A stretch of 64,000 nt of DNA. It comes from Asterionella formosa. Taxonomy: Eukaryota. The first letter of the stretch is position 1. Each line of letters starts with the position of its first letter. Both the position numbers and the translations under genes were made by a program. Location of the stretch: positions 1 to 64,000 of the forward strand of contig NKIB01006075.1 in assembly GCA_002256025.1 (NCBI GenBank). Direction: 5' to 3'. Below are positions 36,481 through 49,647 of the stretch, piece after piece. The notes beneath the pieces were generated by a model. The model saw nothing but the letters and a program-made list of their open reading frames with translations. It was not told the origin of the DNA and searched no databases.

Positions 36481-37529
36481 TAGGGTTGCCGAAATTCCCT
36501 GGAACAAAGAACTTTAATGCGCTAATTTTTAATATGGATGATTCCGTTTGAACTCAAGACTGAATTAGTTGATGTTACAAATAATTCTTTTCAATATTCA
36601 ACTAGCTAACATCCTTACTTTAGTGAATAATTCTTTTGCAATGTGCATCTTCATTGACGAAAAAGGGGGATTGAATTTGGTGTCTACTTTCATGCATCAT
36701 GGATAATCAAAGTTTTGCAGTTGTGCACTTTGCATGAATAACATACAAAATAACAAGGTTACTTTCTCAGTTTTCTTCATGTCATGTGTGTTTCACATTC
36801 ACACATTGAATTCAAGATAGAATTTTTTGATGTTACAAGTAATTCCCTTTGATACTTCTTGGTCCAAACCAGTATGGGTAAGGTGGTCCATGGCATAGGC
36901 TGAGAATAGATTTGTATTTATACCAGTTTATATCATGTATACACAAACATTACCAATACATCAATACACTGCACAGCGGATATATATTAGATTACTATAT
37001 ACACATAAATGATTTATGATCAATGGCTAATATGTGCACACAGCAGCACATACCATCAGCTGATAATTGTGTGGAGTGCACGATATTACGCAGATATGAC
37101 ATTAGTATTATTTACAAAAGATACATAACAGTTACCGCTATACTGGCATTTTGCTGCGTCCTCCTCACCTTTTTTTACTCGCTCCTTCCTCCTACCTTGC
37201 ATTTCTATTGCTTTTGTCATCCCCTGCATTTCTTGAAATCCATGGACCACAGGACGGGTTCAAAGCAGAAGTAGACGAAGATTCTGTTCCATATTGTTCC
37301 ACCTAGAGCAAAACGCCAAAGTCCGTGCGCATTGACAACTATTAAACAAAATTGAACTGCCGGTAGTATTCTACGCAACAGCAACAGTAGCAGTAGCAGA
37401 ATCAGCGTCGCACCTCTGCACATTTGTTAGTCATTGCTTATACTAACAACTACAGAGGTTATCATTTACAAACACAAACAAAAACGCACACGTTGAATGT
37501 AATCATCGAATGCTGATAAAAAGCAAGCA

Positions 37530-38933
37530 ATGGAAAGCGCAAATGGTGACCAACATCATGTTGGTACTCCAAATGGTACTCATCCGAATGAATGCATCGC
37601 CACCATGAAAAATGGAACAAGCGAGCAGCAACAGCAATTGTCCATTAGCAACAATGATGCAATCACTCTTGAATCACCGGTAACTCCATTAGAAATTGAA
37701 TTGCTACTATCGGATGCACTCAAACAAAAGGAGGCGCTATCACCTGAAGCTGAGCAATGGTACAAGAGTATGACACCGGAAGAAATACAGGTTTTGGAAC
37801 AAGGATTATTTTCCATCGTATACAAAGGGTGCATGTTGGCAGCGAAACGCTCGTGTAGCACCATCGTGATGCAAAAGCGGGCAAACAAACAAAGAAAGAA
37901 GAAGAAACGAAAAGAATCGTCCAAAAATAAGCATGCTGGTCATCGAGAGAACGATCGATTCTACGGACGGGACTTCAACCACTATCGAGCCAGCGGATCC
38001 AATACGTTTGGGCACGACCAGTATTATGGAGCAGGAGGAGGCTTTCATGATGACTATGACCGCTATCGAGATGATAATCGCGCCTTGCGCCCCCACCATG
38101 GGAACGACAGAGACTACTATGATAGCAGACAACGACATCGATCTCCTCGGAGTAGAGAACGGTGGGAGGATCGATATGGTGAGGCCAATTCCAGGAGACG
38201 GAGCCGAAGTGACAGTCGAAGCAGGCATCAGAGACGCAGCTATAGATCACGCAGTCGGAGCCTGGAAAATTCAAGGAGATCCAGGAACTGGCGATCGAAC
38301 AGTTTGTCTCCACCAAGGCGAGTCAATGAGCAATTTGAAAGTCGTCAACGAAGATTCAATAGTCCATCTGCATCGTTTCATTCTCATTCACATGATTCGC
38401 ACTTCCAAGGGGAAGCGACCAAGGACGAAAATAAGGCGAAATACCGTCGAGACTCCACTCATGAAATTGATCATGGTGACTTTGGCAATAGATTGGGTGA
38501 AAAGGATGACCGTACTCCATTTGATTCCCGCCGTGATGATGAGTCTCCATCTCGACGAAGCCGTCGGGGTCGATCGGAGAAGGAAAGGAGAAGTTGGAGT
38601 GATCGCTACCGTTCCCATAGTCCCACTGGCCGCAGAAGTTCTAGCGCAAGTTTGAATCGGGACACTCGCAAACGACGCTATGCCGGTGCTGATAAAACGC
38701 TCGACGAAGGAGAGAACAAACGTGATGAACGCAAACGTATGGAAAGCCGATCTAGAACTGAAAATTCAAAGGATGATTCCAAAATTAAAAAAAACGAACA
38801 TCGGCACAGTCATCACCGTTCCTCGCGTCGTAGTCGGGAGAAGTATGGTCGAAGCGATTCTCCTGGAAAAGGGAATGGTGGAACCCAAGGTGACAAACAT
38901 AGGCGATCATCTACAAAGGAAGCGTCAACGTAG
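37530..38933 (+). CDS. Arg/Ser-rich low-complexity protein (putative nuclear or RNA-processing factor)
   Basis: 467-aa ORF with a helical N-terminus, a poly-K NLS-like stretch and extensive RS/RD repeats. Confidence 0.8.
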   Translation: MESANGDQHHVGTPNGTHPNECIATMKNGTSEQQQQLSISNNDAITLESPVTPLEIELLLSDALKQKEALSPEAEQWYKSMTPEEIQVLEQGLFSIVYKGCMLAAKRSCSTIVMQKRANKQRKKKKRKESSKNKHAGHRENDRFYGRDFNHYRASGSNTFGHDQYYGAGGGFHDDYDRYRDDNRALRPHHGNDRDYYDSRQRHRSPRSRERWEDRYGEANSRRRSRSDSRSRHQRRSYRSRSRSLENSRRSRNWRSNSLSPPRRVNEQFESRQRRFNSPSASFHSHSHDSHFQGEATKDENKAKYRRDSTHEIDHGDFGNRLGEKDDRTPFDSRRDDESPSRRSRRGRSEKERRSWSDRYRSHSPTGRRSSSASLNRDTRKRRYAGADKTLDEGENKRDERKRMESRSRTENSKDDSKIKKNEHRHSHHRSSRRSREKYGRSDSPGKGNGGTQGDKHRRSSTKEAST

Positions 38934-39289
38934 TGATGGTCACAACGTGAAGGAAGTTAACATGATCACCACCAATGCCACCATGGGATTTGGTTAACTC
39001 CTTCGACAAGCAAGGGATGTGATAAGAATTGATTTGTAACAATGCCACGCAGTATCTCTGCTGCACGCAAAGGGATAGAATATCATAGCTAGCTAGGCAA
39101 TCATTGTTAACATCTGCATTTTACCCTTCATGTATGCAACTTTCTAGCTTGCTAGATTCGTTCTGAATTGTTTTGGGTTTCCTGGAATCTGACAATGCAC
39201 TTGAGCATTGCGAATGCCTCTTCCAGCACTGATGTTGACAATGTATGTTATAAATAAATTATTGATTAAAGTGTAGTACCAGGTGAATT

Positions 39290-39493
39290 ATCTAACTAGA
39301 AGTAGTATTATTTGTTGAATATTAGAGGCTTTTTCAATCCTTGTGTGCAACTTGTTCTCCTAGGTTGACACTAAATTACCGGTATGCAAAAAGTGTTACC
39401 GGTAGTCAAGTTCTCTCCTGATAGAGTTCTAATGATCCAACCCGATAGGTGTATGTGTGTCACATTTGTGTAGTTGAGTGGGATCGCTCACCA
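39290..39493. mobile_element. Interspersed repeat, probable LTR 3' part (copy B), carrying two CCGGTA insertions
   Basis: Aligns with 93-284; TACCGGTA at 39377-39384 and 39397-39404 where copy A has TA. Confidence 0.6.
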
Positions 39494-40115
39494 GGTACCT
39501 GGTACCAAAGTATGTAAAAAAGCCAAACCAAGATACCGGTACTCAGGACATCATGCGGCATAGGGGATAGCTGAAATTAAGAAAATGTTCATGTAAGAGA
39601 ATCTCCACCGTATTGACCAAATACCAAGCCAATTGCATTTGGGAGTCGTCATGATGTGTTGTCTTGGTCGTAAAAGCAAAAAGATTTTAGCCACCGCATC
39701 GACCAAGACCAAATATGCTTTGGTCTTGATTGAGGATGACCCCCTTATCGACCAAATATCAGGTATTTGGTCGATTAGACTCCGACCGTAGCCAAACAAA
39801 GGAAGCGTTTCTATTGGTCTAGATTATGGCTTGCGCCGGCAACATAACGTCGACTGTTTAATTGATCCATCAAGGCTTACAATACACATTTACCTTACCC
39901 TCTTGATGTAGACAAATAATAAACTTAAGTACAAATACCTTTGAATAATACCGGCAGCTATCTATAAAACAATCTCATGCATAAAATATGATATCTTGCT
40001 GAATGTTGTCCTTCAAGTCTTTGACGGTCTCAATAAGATATCATCATCAATTGGCGTCCAAGCAGGATGCTACATGAGTAGGAGCAGCTGCCAATGAGGA
40101 TGATAAAGCAAAGTA

Positions 40116-40209
40116 CTGCAAGTTGCAGTCATTATGCTTAAATAGACAATTGAATCAAGGATAAAAAAAGCTAAATCTTTATCCTAGCAAAATTACCGCA
40201 ACTTGCTGG
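40116..40209. mobile_element. MITE copy 6
   Basis: TA|CTGCAAGTTGCAGTCATTATGCT ... AGCAAAATTACCGCAACTTGCTGG|TA. Confidence 0.85.
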
Positions 40210-40831
40210 TACCCGGTAACAGTTACCTGGTAGATTTGTAGGGATATGATCGAAGTCACAAGAAGGGGGGGGCCTTTTAATCTGCTACTACCGGTAGCCA
40301 ACGGTATTCTTTACGTGAAAAGAAACGGATTACCAGAAGTCATCGAAACGGCTATTGTTTGCCTAGAGTATAATACCAGTACCTACCTGGTACCGTACTT
40401 ACCCCGTCTCGCGACATTTTTGCGACAAAATCAACTAGTTGTGTCGTTGTGGATGATATTCTGGAACTTGGTCTGACATCGGGATTTGTTCGATTAGGCA
40501 CTTTGTTGTTCGTTTCCTTCACGAACACTACTTGGATTGCCGGTTGAAACAGTGAAACTCACAGGCATATGATAAACAAAAAAGGAGCCGCAATCTGAGG
40601 GATAATGACCCTTGGAACCTGATGAACTGTAACAACTAGGAGTAACTGGTTTTGATGGAACATCCGTACTAATGTGGCGTGTACATTCGATATAGACGTA
40701 GGCTTGTTCGCCCTTGTTAGACTTGCAAACTCAATCCAATAATAAATTGCTCAAATCACACACAAAATTGGGAAGCAGAAGGCAATCAGAACAACATCAA
40801 AAACAGAAAGCGAGCAACTTGTGACACTGAA

Positions 40832-41467
40832 ATGAAGCTACTAATCAATTGTCTACTCCCGATCATGTTCACTACTGTCTGTGGAAAGGCTTCTCTTAAG
40901 AGGGGTACTGCAACAGAAGATGTCAACGAAGTATCACGTTCCCTTAACTTCATGAATGCCAAATCTAATGATGTGGGATATGTGCCCTATGTCATTGTCC
41001 TAGTTGTGCCTCGATACTTGCTGAAGAGGGGACTCTTTATTTGTCCAGGAAATTCGACAGCGTTAGACTATGTGGCTACGTCGATTGCGATTCACGCTGT
41101 GGAATTGCTCAACGGTTATGGGGTCGTGGACTCTCGTCTGGAGGATTGGACTGGAGATGCCATTGCCGAAGTTCTTGGAAACCCCGAAGAATTTGGAGAC
41201 TCAAATAGACGGTACCTGGCCACCTGGACATTCAGTTACATTTGCAGAGTCGCCAGGTGCCCAAAGTTGACCTGTGGTAGCGGTTGCAATCCCGATAACT
41301 CGGACAAGAGGCAGCGTCGCTTGCAGAGTACTGCAAAGAGCGCAATTGCGATGCGGCAGGGGAAATTCGAAAGCGGTGTCGAAGCTGCTGTGCTGGCTGA
41401 TCTGCAGGCCAATTGTGGAACTGTTAAGTGGTTTTCCTTTCGATATGTTGGCAATGACTTGTCGTAG
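40832..41467 (+). CDS. Secreted hypothetical protein
   Basis: Signal peptide; RRYL and RRL processing-like motifs flank a C..C...C...C.PD segment. Confidence 0.75.
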   Translation: MKLLINCLLPIMFTTVCGKASLKRGTATEDVNEVSRSLNFMNAKSNDVGYVPYVIVLVVPRYLLKRGLFICPGNSTALDYVATSIAIHAVELLNGYGVVDSRLEDWTGDAIAEVLGNPEEFGDSNRRYLATWTFSYICRVARCPKLTCGSGCNPDNSDKRQRRLQSTAKSAIAMRQGKFESGVEAAVLADLQANCGTVKWFSFRYVGNDLS

Positions 41468-42768
41468 ATACCCTGATTCCTGCTGCATCCGAGAATATAC
41501 GCATGATATCTATACACTCCTGTGACCAGTTTTGCAACCAAGGACCTGCCTAGGTTTTTATTATATTTAAATATTTATTAGAGAAGGAACGATGGTTCAC
41601 TTTTATTACATTGTACCAGTTCATTGGCTTGGCTTGAATAGGTAGTATCGGTATTTGTCATCTTTGGCAACATTAATTCGCATTCTCATTATGGCTGATT
41701 GTGAAATGACTTGTCGAGTTATGCCATCGCTGTGATGCAAGATTGAGACAAATTGGGTATGTCATGAATCTTTGTCGACAGTCACAAGCGAACATAGTAA
41801 GATCGACATGTGTCATGAAACTATGTATTTCAAAAAAGGCCTTCTTTTAGGGTGGGTACAGGAACTGTAATTAATAGCCTTCGGTCTTCATAAATGGCCT
41901 GAGGAATACCACGTGAGAAACATGCATATTTGTATCTAAAATTGGTAAGCAGACCAACGACACTTCCTAGTTTTAATGACATATGGTACCAGGTAGTTTC
42001 TACCGGTATTCTGCATATCTTTAGTATGATAACTATGTCTGTCTAATTAACCTACCGGTAAATGAGCTGAGCAAGTAACCGGGACCAAGGCTTACGTAGT
42101 TCGGAGTTGGATTACCGGCCGGTAGGCAACATCACCGCTGTCATATTTTCATGTACGATTAATTGTATGTACCGGCATACTGTTACAGGGCATACTGTTA
42201 CAGGTACTCTAACTACATACCGGTTAGTATTCTGTGCTATGTATTCACGATTTGTCCCCCGATAGATGATACTGGCATACCAGGGTAACAAGCTGGGGTA
42301 CTTGACCCTGGTACCAGGTACTCGGAGTAACACCATCAGTGTAAGATCTGGTACCGGTACCTGGTACCAGGTTTACCTGATGGTTCGTCATTTCAGAAGA
42401 TATTCATCACATTAGGGTCATTCTTATTTTTCTGTCATTGGTCGTCATTGGTGTATCATCTCCGCAACATGATACATAAATGGCGGATTGGTTTTTTTGT
42501 TAGTTTTCCAATTATATCAAATAAGAAGAAACTGAAGAAATGAGACAAGTCATCATCAATATCATTGAATTCTCGTCATGTACTAAACAAAACAGCTGAT
42601 GCAACAATGACAGTTGCTGTGGCATTGAAGTGCAATCACTGAACTTACAAAAATATCTTGCTCAGCAAGGAAGTTGAACAAGAGTTAGACTTTGTATTTG
42701 AGGAAGTCAAGAGCAAGAAGTATACTGATTCTTTTAGTATAAGAAGAAAGAAGGCAAGGTTTGCATTA

Positions 42769-44015
42769 CAGTGAAACCTCCCTACTATAGGATACACTCC
42801 CTATAGGATCATACACCCTCTATATAAGATACACTTTTCTCAATGAAGCGCCCCCAATTTGGATATCCTTGCAAAGGCCCCTCTATATAAGATACACCCT
42901 CCATTAGATACACTTGGATACACTTTTGCTGAAAAATTGGTTATTCCGACCTCTGTAATAAGATTAAAAAAAGCACCGGACAGTCTGCACTCAGTTTGAG
43001 CTAGTAATTTTTCCTTGTTTTGCATGTTTTGATCATCTCAAATCATTGCTGTGGACTGACAATCTTCAGTACTACTGGGAGTATCATTTTACATGTTTAC
43101 GCATACAAAAATACATGCTTATGCAAGCACAGTAATAGAAGCGTCAGTAGCATACCTACCACATCATCTTCTTGCTTAGCGATGATCTGGAGGTACATGG
43201 TACATAGTATCACCACTTGTGACATTAGTACTTGTTCATGAACCTTTTATAATAATTTTTAGTTATACTTTACTGAAAGTAAGCTTGACCGTTACTTGTC
43301 CATTTGCTTCAATTCTTTCACTTATTACAATCTCCAAGACTCAGACATCATCGCCATTGGGAACTGAAGGAGTTGTGAAGAGCATGTCGTAAATGAACAT
43401 AAAGCGTAAAAGTGTTTCCATTGATACAAAGTTAGCGGCAATAAAGCTTCTTGGTGAAGGGAATAGTGTTAGGGAAGTTGCTTTAAACTTGGCATAAGCA
43501 TTGGAACTGTTCAAAAAGCAAAGAAAAAGCAGGAGGACTTACTGATGGAAGGAAAATCGATGCGATCAATGAAAATGGCTCGCCTTAACAGTGGTACAGA
43601 AATCAAAACAGTATTTTGGAGATGGTTTTGCACTGCTTGCGCAACTGGATATCCAATTAGTGGACCCATCCTACAAAGCAAGGCTTTGTCGATTGCCAAA
43701 GCATTTAAGCAAGATCATAATCTTAAGGCATCTAATGGCTGTCTTGAAAAATGGAAGATGAGACACAATGTCAAATCCTATGCTATTTGTGGAGAGTCTG
43801 GGAATGTAGACATTGATAAGGCTGAAGAATGGAAAGCTTTCTGGCTAGTTTGTGTGATGGATATACTCCAGCCAACATTTTCAACATGGATGAGACTGGA
43901 TACTTTTATCGTGCTCTTCCAAATTCAGCTCTCAATCAAGCATCAAAATCATGCAAAGGAGGAAAATAAGCGAAGGATCGAGTTACAGTTGCCTTGACAT
44001 GCAGTGCAGCTGGGT
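42769..44015 (+). mobile_element. Truncated pogo/Tigger transposon (5' TIR plus transposase pseudogene, about 43393-44015)
   Basis: TA|CAGTGAAACCTC terminus with GATACAC subterminal repeats; CENP-B-type HTH (KRKSVSIDTKL, PISGPILQSKA, KASNGCLEKWKMRH) and NIFNMDETG...KDRVTV across frameshifts. Confidence 0.92.
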
Positions 44016-44129
44016 ATCAAGTCAAGCTTGAAAATGAGAGTCCTCCACAACACTCCCCTCTTGCACACACTATGCCAAAAACCCGCTCAATAATATTTCG
44101 TTTCCACCCAGAAAAAATTAATTGAATTA

Positions 44130-45309
44130 ATCTTTTTATGTCATGGTGAAACCAATCTTTGATATGACGCATATGCTTCATCTCCTGGTGCTAACCAAAA
44201 TTGTCTACCTCTTTCATCAGCTGTTGACTGTTCGAACAACCAATAATGTGACAGTTTATTTAACAAGTGAAATGCAGTTGAACCATGTGTACTTCCAGGG
44301 GACTCCATAGAAATCCAAAGGAAGCGGTTATCACCACCAGCAATGGCCTGTACTAAGTCAATAGATACAAATCCTTTTCTGTTTCTATATAATAATGGTG
44401 ATGCACATTCGTATTTTCTGGGTTGCCGAATTTTAATGGCATAACCATCAAAAGCCCCAACACAACCATGATGGAATTCACGACTTTTTGTTCCTGCCCG
44501 CCGACTTGATCCAGTTTACGAAAATCACATTGCAGCTTGTTGGCGAGGCTCTTCTCTGGAATGTACTTCACCAACAATTGATGTAATTACAGCCGCTATG
44601 AACTTCCCAAGAGTCCTGTATACAGAATAAATGCCGCATTAAAACTCCAACATGCATCAATGTATGTTGAACCTCCCAAAATGCGACACGACAAACAATT
44701 GATTTCATCAATGAAAAGTGCCCACCTGTTGCTTTGTCTTCTGGAAAACTCACTCTTTTTGTCCAATTTTGCAGCATGCCCTGGACCAATGAGGTTTCTC
44801 AATGAATCATAATAAGCATATCCAGACATTCGAAACGTTGTAAGGAAAGTGACAGCATTAAGCGTATGGAACTTCAGCATGATGACTTGGTCGCGAAATG
44901 AGGAATAAAGTTGACCTCTTCTGTGGCGATAATCTCTGATCTTTTCTTTACTTTCTTCTGCTTCTTCGTCTCTTTCATTGTCAGCTGTTTTTGTGGCAAG
45001 GGTGGCGTATCCGAAAAACGCAAGGAGGAATCTTGGCTGAAGTTGTCCATTGACAATGACGCTTGACATGATGTGAATGTTTTTTACATTTTATATCAAA
45101 GAAAAAGTTTCGACTGTTGGGAGCAACAACCCAATGTCCAATTACAATGCATGAAATCACCGCAAAACCTGTACTGACGCATTCACAGATTATGAACAAA
45201 TTCATGAAAAAAGCGCCCTAAGGGACGAACCAACAGACAAATATAATAATCTTATCATGTCATCACATAATTTATCAGAAACTTTATCGGAAATTTTTTA
45301 AATCAGCCC
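44130..45309 (-). mobile_element. PIF/Harbinger transposase pseudogene (ORF from 45069) with probable terminus at 45309
   Basis: FRMS, VQAIAGGDNRFLWISMESPGSTH and GDEAY match DDE_Tnp_4 motifs; minus-strand TTA|GGGCTGA at 45312-45303. Confidence 0.8.
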
Positions 45310-46265
45310 TAAGGAAATGAACCTGAGATTGTAAAACCTGTTGAAAACATGATGTGTTCATTAACTTAAATTAGCTCACTTGCTCAGCATCGTTAATATA
45401 GATCTGACACAGGCCACATGATTGATCCTGTGAAAACTTTATAACACTTATTTATCTGTGAATTCATGCCCATACACAAATTCCAATGATGCATCCAGCC
45501 AAATGTGAGGGGAAATTTATCGTCATAATGCACAAAAATCATAGCATGATTTGATTGGCTTGCGGGAATTCCGGCAAGACGAACTTTGGAGAAACCGCAC
45601 TACACAAGATTATATATGTGAGTAGAAAACAACGTCACTCTAGAAATTAGTACCGTATGTGACTTGTGCTAAATCTAGTCGTGGCTTTGTACATTTGAGG
45701 AGACAGGAGCATGGGATTTACAGTATTTTCAACCAGAGGGAGTAGTATCTAGTATCAGGTATTTACTCCCGGCATACAGGTTCATCACACACATACCTAA
45801 AAATAGAATTTACGTATGATACATATACATAGTACATACATCTATATTCCGGCATGTTTACCGTATAATGATCATGATGATGATGGCTATACTACCGGTA
45901 GTAACCATGTACTAATTCTGGGAGCTCGTGCAGAAGGTGAAGGGTTCGCTTTTCATTTGCATTTTTATTTTTATTATTGTTACCTTTGTGTACCGGTATG
46001 CGATGCTATGTATACATCCATATTTTATATTATTTTCGTACGAAATGTTCTTTACATGATTACTGTACAGTCTACCGTAGTAGGTCTACATAAGAAGAAA
46101 CTCAAATCAATGTTGTCATGTGTCAAAATAAATAAATGATTGCTTATTATTATATTGATTGCTTCACTGCCATCTGCGGATGTTATCAACCGCTGCTACT
46201 GGCATAATTCTGTTTGATATTGATCCTCACAAGGCGCGCACCCAATGCCTCTTTCTAGGGAAACC

Positions 46266-47998
46266 ATGAGTCTCATTTACGTCTATTATGGTGAGTAGTC
46301 ACAAAGAATGGGGAATCGTCTGGAGACGATTCTCGGGCTTTCCAATGTATAGAAAGGGATTATTGAACCAGTATTTCTCTTGCCTGGTTGTACTAGATCA
46401 CAGAGTGTTCCAAGCGGGCTCGAAAATGTCTGGATCCATCTGCATGGAAGTCAAGGAAGACCTCTCTGCTACCGGCTTGGTGGCTGTTCTGGAAGGACGC
46501 GAGAAAACGGCCATTCCGTATGAGGCACCCGGCAAAAATGGTTTCATCGATCGCCACTGGGCAAAGTCGCGCAGGCCGTTAGTGGAGCTGAGCATACCCT
46601 TGAATACATCTCAAGTGATTAAAGATGGCAAAGTCAAGCCAGGAAAGTATGAGCTTCCTTTTGAGATTGAATTGCCAGATTCATTACCGTCGACTATTGT
46701 TGAAGCGAATTCACCTGGAACGGAGTTTTGTAGTATCGAATATGGAATTGAAGCAGAGTTGCAGGGGTGCGAGAATCCAGCAGATTATATTTGTCGCTAT
46801 CGGGTTGTTGTATTGGGAAAACCCCTTCCCAAGGACCCAGTCCCTTACATGAACACGTTGTCGTCGGACGTGGCAAATACTTCCCTACGTCGGTTGTACT
46901 TGGCCAAAGAATTTGGAAAAGTCGGGCAGCTCATTGTCGGAGTTTTGATGCCGGACACTCTTTTAGATCGAGGGGAAGATTGTATGATCGCCTTGTCCTG
47001 TCGGAATAGGACTGATTTTGACATCACTCATATTCGTGCTGAAATCCGCGAAACATTTCGGTGGTCTGCCCAAGATCTGGTCGAGCAACGAACAATTGTA
47101 ATTTCTTCCTTTGAATTGGGTCTCTTTGCAGATGTTAACAAATCAAAATATAAAGCAACTGTCGAACATGATTTGGATGAGATACAAACGGAATTAAGAG
47201 AAGCCAAGCATAGCTTTACAGTCAAGATCCCAAAGGTGAGTATGGAATTTGTGTATATTTTGGATCCTACTACCTTGGTACCTCGGATTTTCTAAATGAT
47301 ATCTATTTCTAAATCATTTTTAGAATGCGCATGACACGTTCTCTGGCACCTTGATTAAGGTTTCTCACGAAATCATTGTCGACTTTGAAACCTCTCACGA
47401 CCAATCCAACCCTCGCCTTGCGATTCCAATTCAAGTTGGTCCACCTTCCCTTGCCCAAGGCTCTGAGCGTCATTTGCAGACCAACGTATCCATCAAACCC
47501 AACCACTGGGAGTCGACTTCTCAGTCAGATCGAATCACTGTCAGTCGAGGGTCTGCCATTTTGGGTGGCACCGTAGTGCATGACCATGGAAAGACAAGAA
47601 TACTGCGTCGAGGGTCAAACGTACCCTCCTTTGAGAATTTGTTAGGAGAAATGAAGGAGCATATCAGTGACTATGACTTGATCGATTCTCATTTACAAGA
47701 TCCAGAATGGCTGCCCATATTTGAAGAACTTACACCTCAAAAATTCAGCACTGTGATCAAAACCGTCAATTTGGAATTCGACCAATGCAAAGTGGCTGCT
47801 TTGATTGCACCAGTGATTTATAATTTTACCGTTGAATACTTAGTTGCAGCCATGAGAGGGGCATCGGACTGGAATCGACTGGGAATGGTGGATCGATTGA
47901 TATTTTATTGTACTGACCTTGATACTCATGCTCAAGTCCTGGAGTGTGAATTGACTAGATTTGAGCAAGCTCATTGCGCCAAATACTTTCGGATGTAA
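46266..47998 (+). CDS. Arrestin-fold protein, 3 exons: 46266-46290, 46397-47235, 47324-47998
   Basis: GKYELPFEIELPDSLPST...CSIEY.I.AEL is the arrestin-N pattern; two GT-AG introns give a continuous frame. An alternative in-frame ATG lies at 46245. Confidence 0.85.
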
Positions 47999-48327
47999 AA
48001 TAATGTGTAAGGTAGGAGACTGTAACGGACTCATATCGAAATTTGGAGTAGAATCAATGCTGAGTGTTCTATTGCGTGCCGGGGGTCTCGGTTATGGTAT
48101 GACACGGTGCCGACTTACCGGTACGCCCACGAAAATATTTTATTGTCAGTTGAAATGACGGTTTAGAACTTCGCCCAACTGAACAGGAAAAGACTTGGTT
48201 GAGCTCCAAAATGAAACGACAGTAAAAAGGATCAAATTATTGAGTTCCTTGAAAAATTCTCAGAGACACAGACCAAAAGACAATAATTGGAGTTCACCAA
48301 AATGGGTACATTATACATAGGCACTTT

Positions 48328-49647
48328 CTATAATTCATAATAATTCCGATCGAGCCCATACTTCTGATTTTGTGTTTTGTTTCCGTCGCTTTTCTTTGCT
48401 GCCTCCGTCGGCGGTACCAATATATTGTTAATAACCTTATCCCATTCACTCTGAGCCATTGCTTCATACCTTTTTGCTTCTTGGTGCTCATCCCGATTAT
48501 AATATACATTACTCAATAAAGAGTAATATGAGGCAACATGGACACTGGCCCCCAAAACAACATTTGCTTCGATGAGTTCGTCGATCGTCTCTGACAATTC
48601 ATCCACAAGAGCGTTCAGCTGAAGATCGTTGTATACCCATAAGGCCCCAGTGAATACTTCGAATCCAGTTTCTCTTGTCAAAACGAATTCTTCGTAGGGG
48701 TTGGCCAGTATCTCACAGCGAGCTCCGTCAAAGAGCTGCAATGCCCGTTCATACTCCCCGATTCGGAACATGGTTGCTGCAGCAAACGTGAGACGTTCCA
48801 ACTCAGAAGAGTTGTTCCACATGAATCCAGTCCATACGAAAATGAATACTGGAATGGCACATGCACATACTACGATCCCCCTCTTGCCGAGATGTTGTCT
48901 AGGCGTTGACCAAAAAACACGAATGGAATACCAAAGAACAAGTCCAATAGAGGCGTAAAGGGCAATATCAGGTACTTCCGGGAACCGATGTTTTTTATCC
49001 TTTCTGGGACAATCTATGGTGGCTGTAACATCGGCGTCATAAGATCGTGTCGAGAAATGATATCGCCGTGCAGCTGCCATCAGGGCCAGTATGTAACCCT
49101 CCTGGTCCTTGAGGGCATCTACAAGATACTCCATGTCCTTGGTTCGCTCCGAGTTATCGTACAAGTAAAGAGTTGTTAATATATTCGAATGACCAGATAC
49201 GAGGAGCCTTCTAGCTTTCTTCAAGCAATCCAAACCCTTTTGGTATTCCCCTTTTGTTTTATACAATGTCACCATTTCGTTCAGGACCAACAGTTCCAAT
49301 GAGTCCTCGTAGCTATCCGAATCTTCTTCCTTTAATCTAGGAATAAGTTGGTTTTCGTATATCTGTAGAGCTTCATCGTATTCGTTCATTTTCGTGTGCA
49401 ACATTCCGATTCTTGCCAGTAACAAGGTATACGCTTTCTCCTCCTCCAATGAGGTTGACGACTGATGTTGCTGTGCCATTGATTGGCATTGTTCCATGGC
49501 CAAATCCCAACGACCTATGCACTCGAATAAAAACACGGAAAGGAAACGCCCGTCTTCAGTTTTCGCAGCCAAATATCCAAGAAAACCTCCGACAAGGAGG
49601 ATCGCAACAGCGAATCTCCACTTCTTTTGCTTTAGTATGGTAATCAT
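48328..49647 (-). CDS. TPR-repeat membrane protein
   Basis: TPR-like units (IGMLHTKMNEYDEAL..YE, LYKTKGEYQKGL, LSNVYYNRDEHQEA) plus three hydrophobic segments; first ATG at 49647. Confidence 0.75.
   Translation of the reverse strand: MITILKQKKWRFAVAILLVGGFLGYLAAKTEDGRFLSVFLFECIGRWDLAMEQCQSMAQQHQSSTSLEEEKAYTLLLARIGMLHTKMNEYDEALQIYENQLIPRLKEEDSDSYEDSLELLVLNEMVTLYKTKGEYQKGLDCLKKARRLLVSGHSNILTTLYLYDNSERTKDMEYLVDALKDQEGYILALMAAARRYHFSTRSYDADVTATIDCPRKDKKHRFPEVPDIALYASIGLVLWYSIRVFWSTPRQHLGKRGIVVCACAIPVFIFVWTGFMWNNSSELERLTFAAATMFRIGEYERALQLFDGARCEILANPYEEFVLTRETGFEVFTGALWVYNDLQLNALVDELSETIDELIEANVVLGASVHVASYYSLLSNVYYNRDEHQEAKRYEAMAQSEWDKVINNILVPPTEAAKKSDGNKTQNQKYGLDRNYYEL

Noticed and set aside
37580..38997. 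Overlapping alternative-frame and antisense ORFs
   Set aside because: Shadow ORFs of the low-complexity RS-rich gene.
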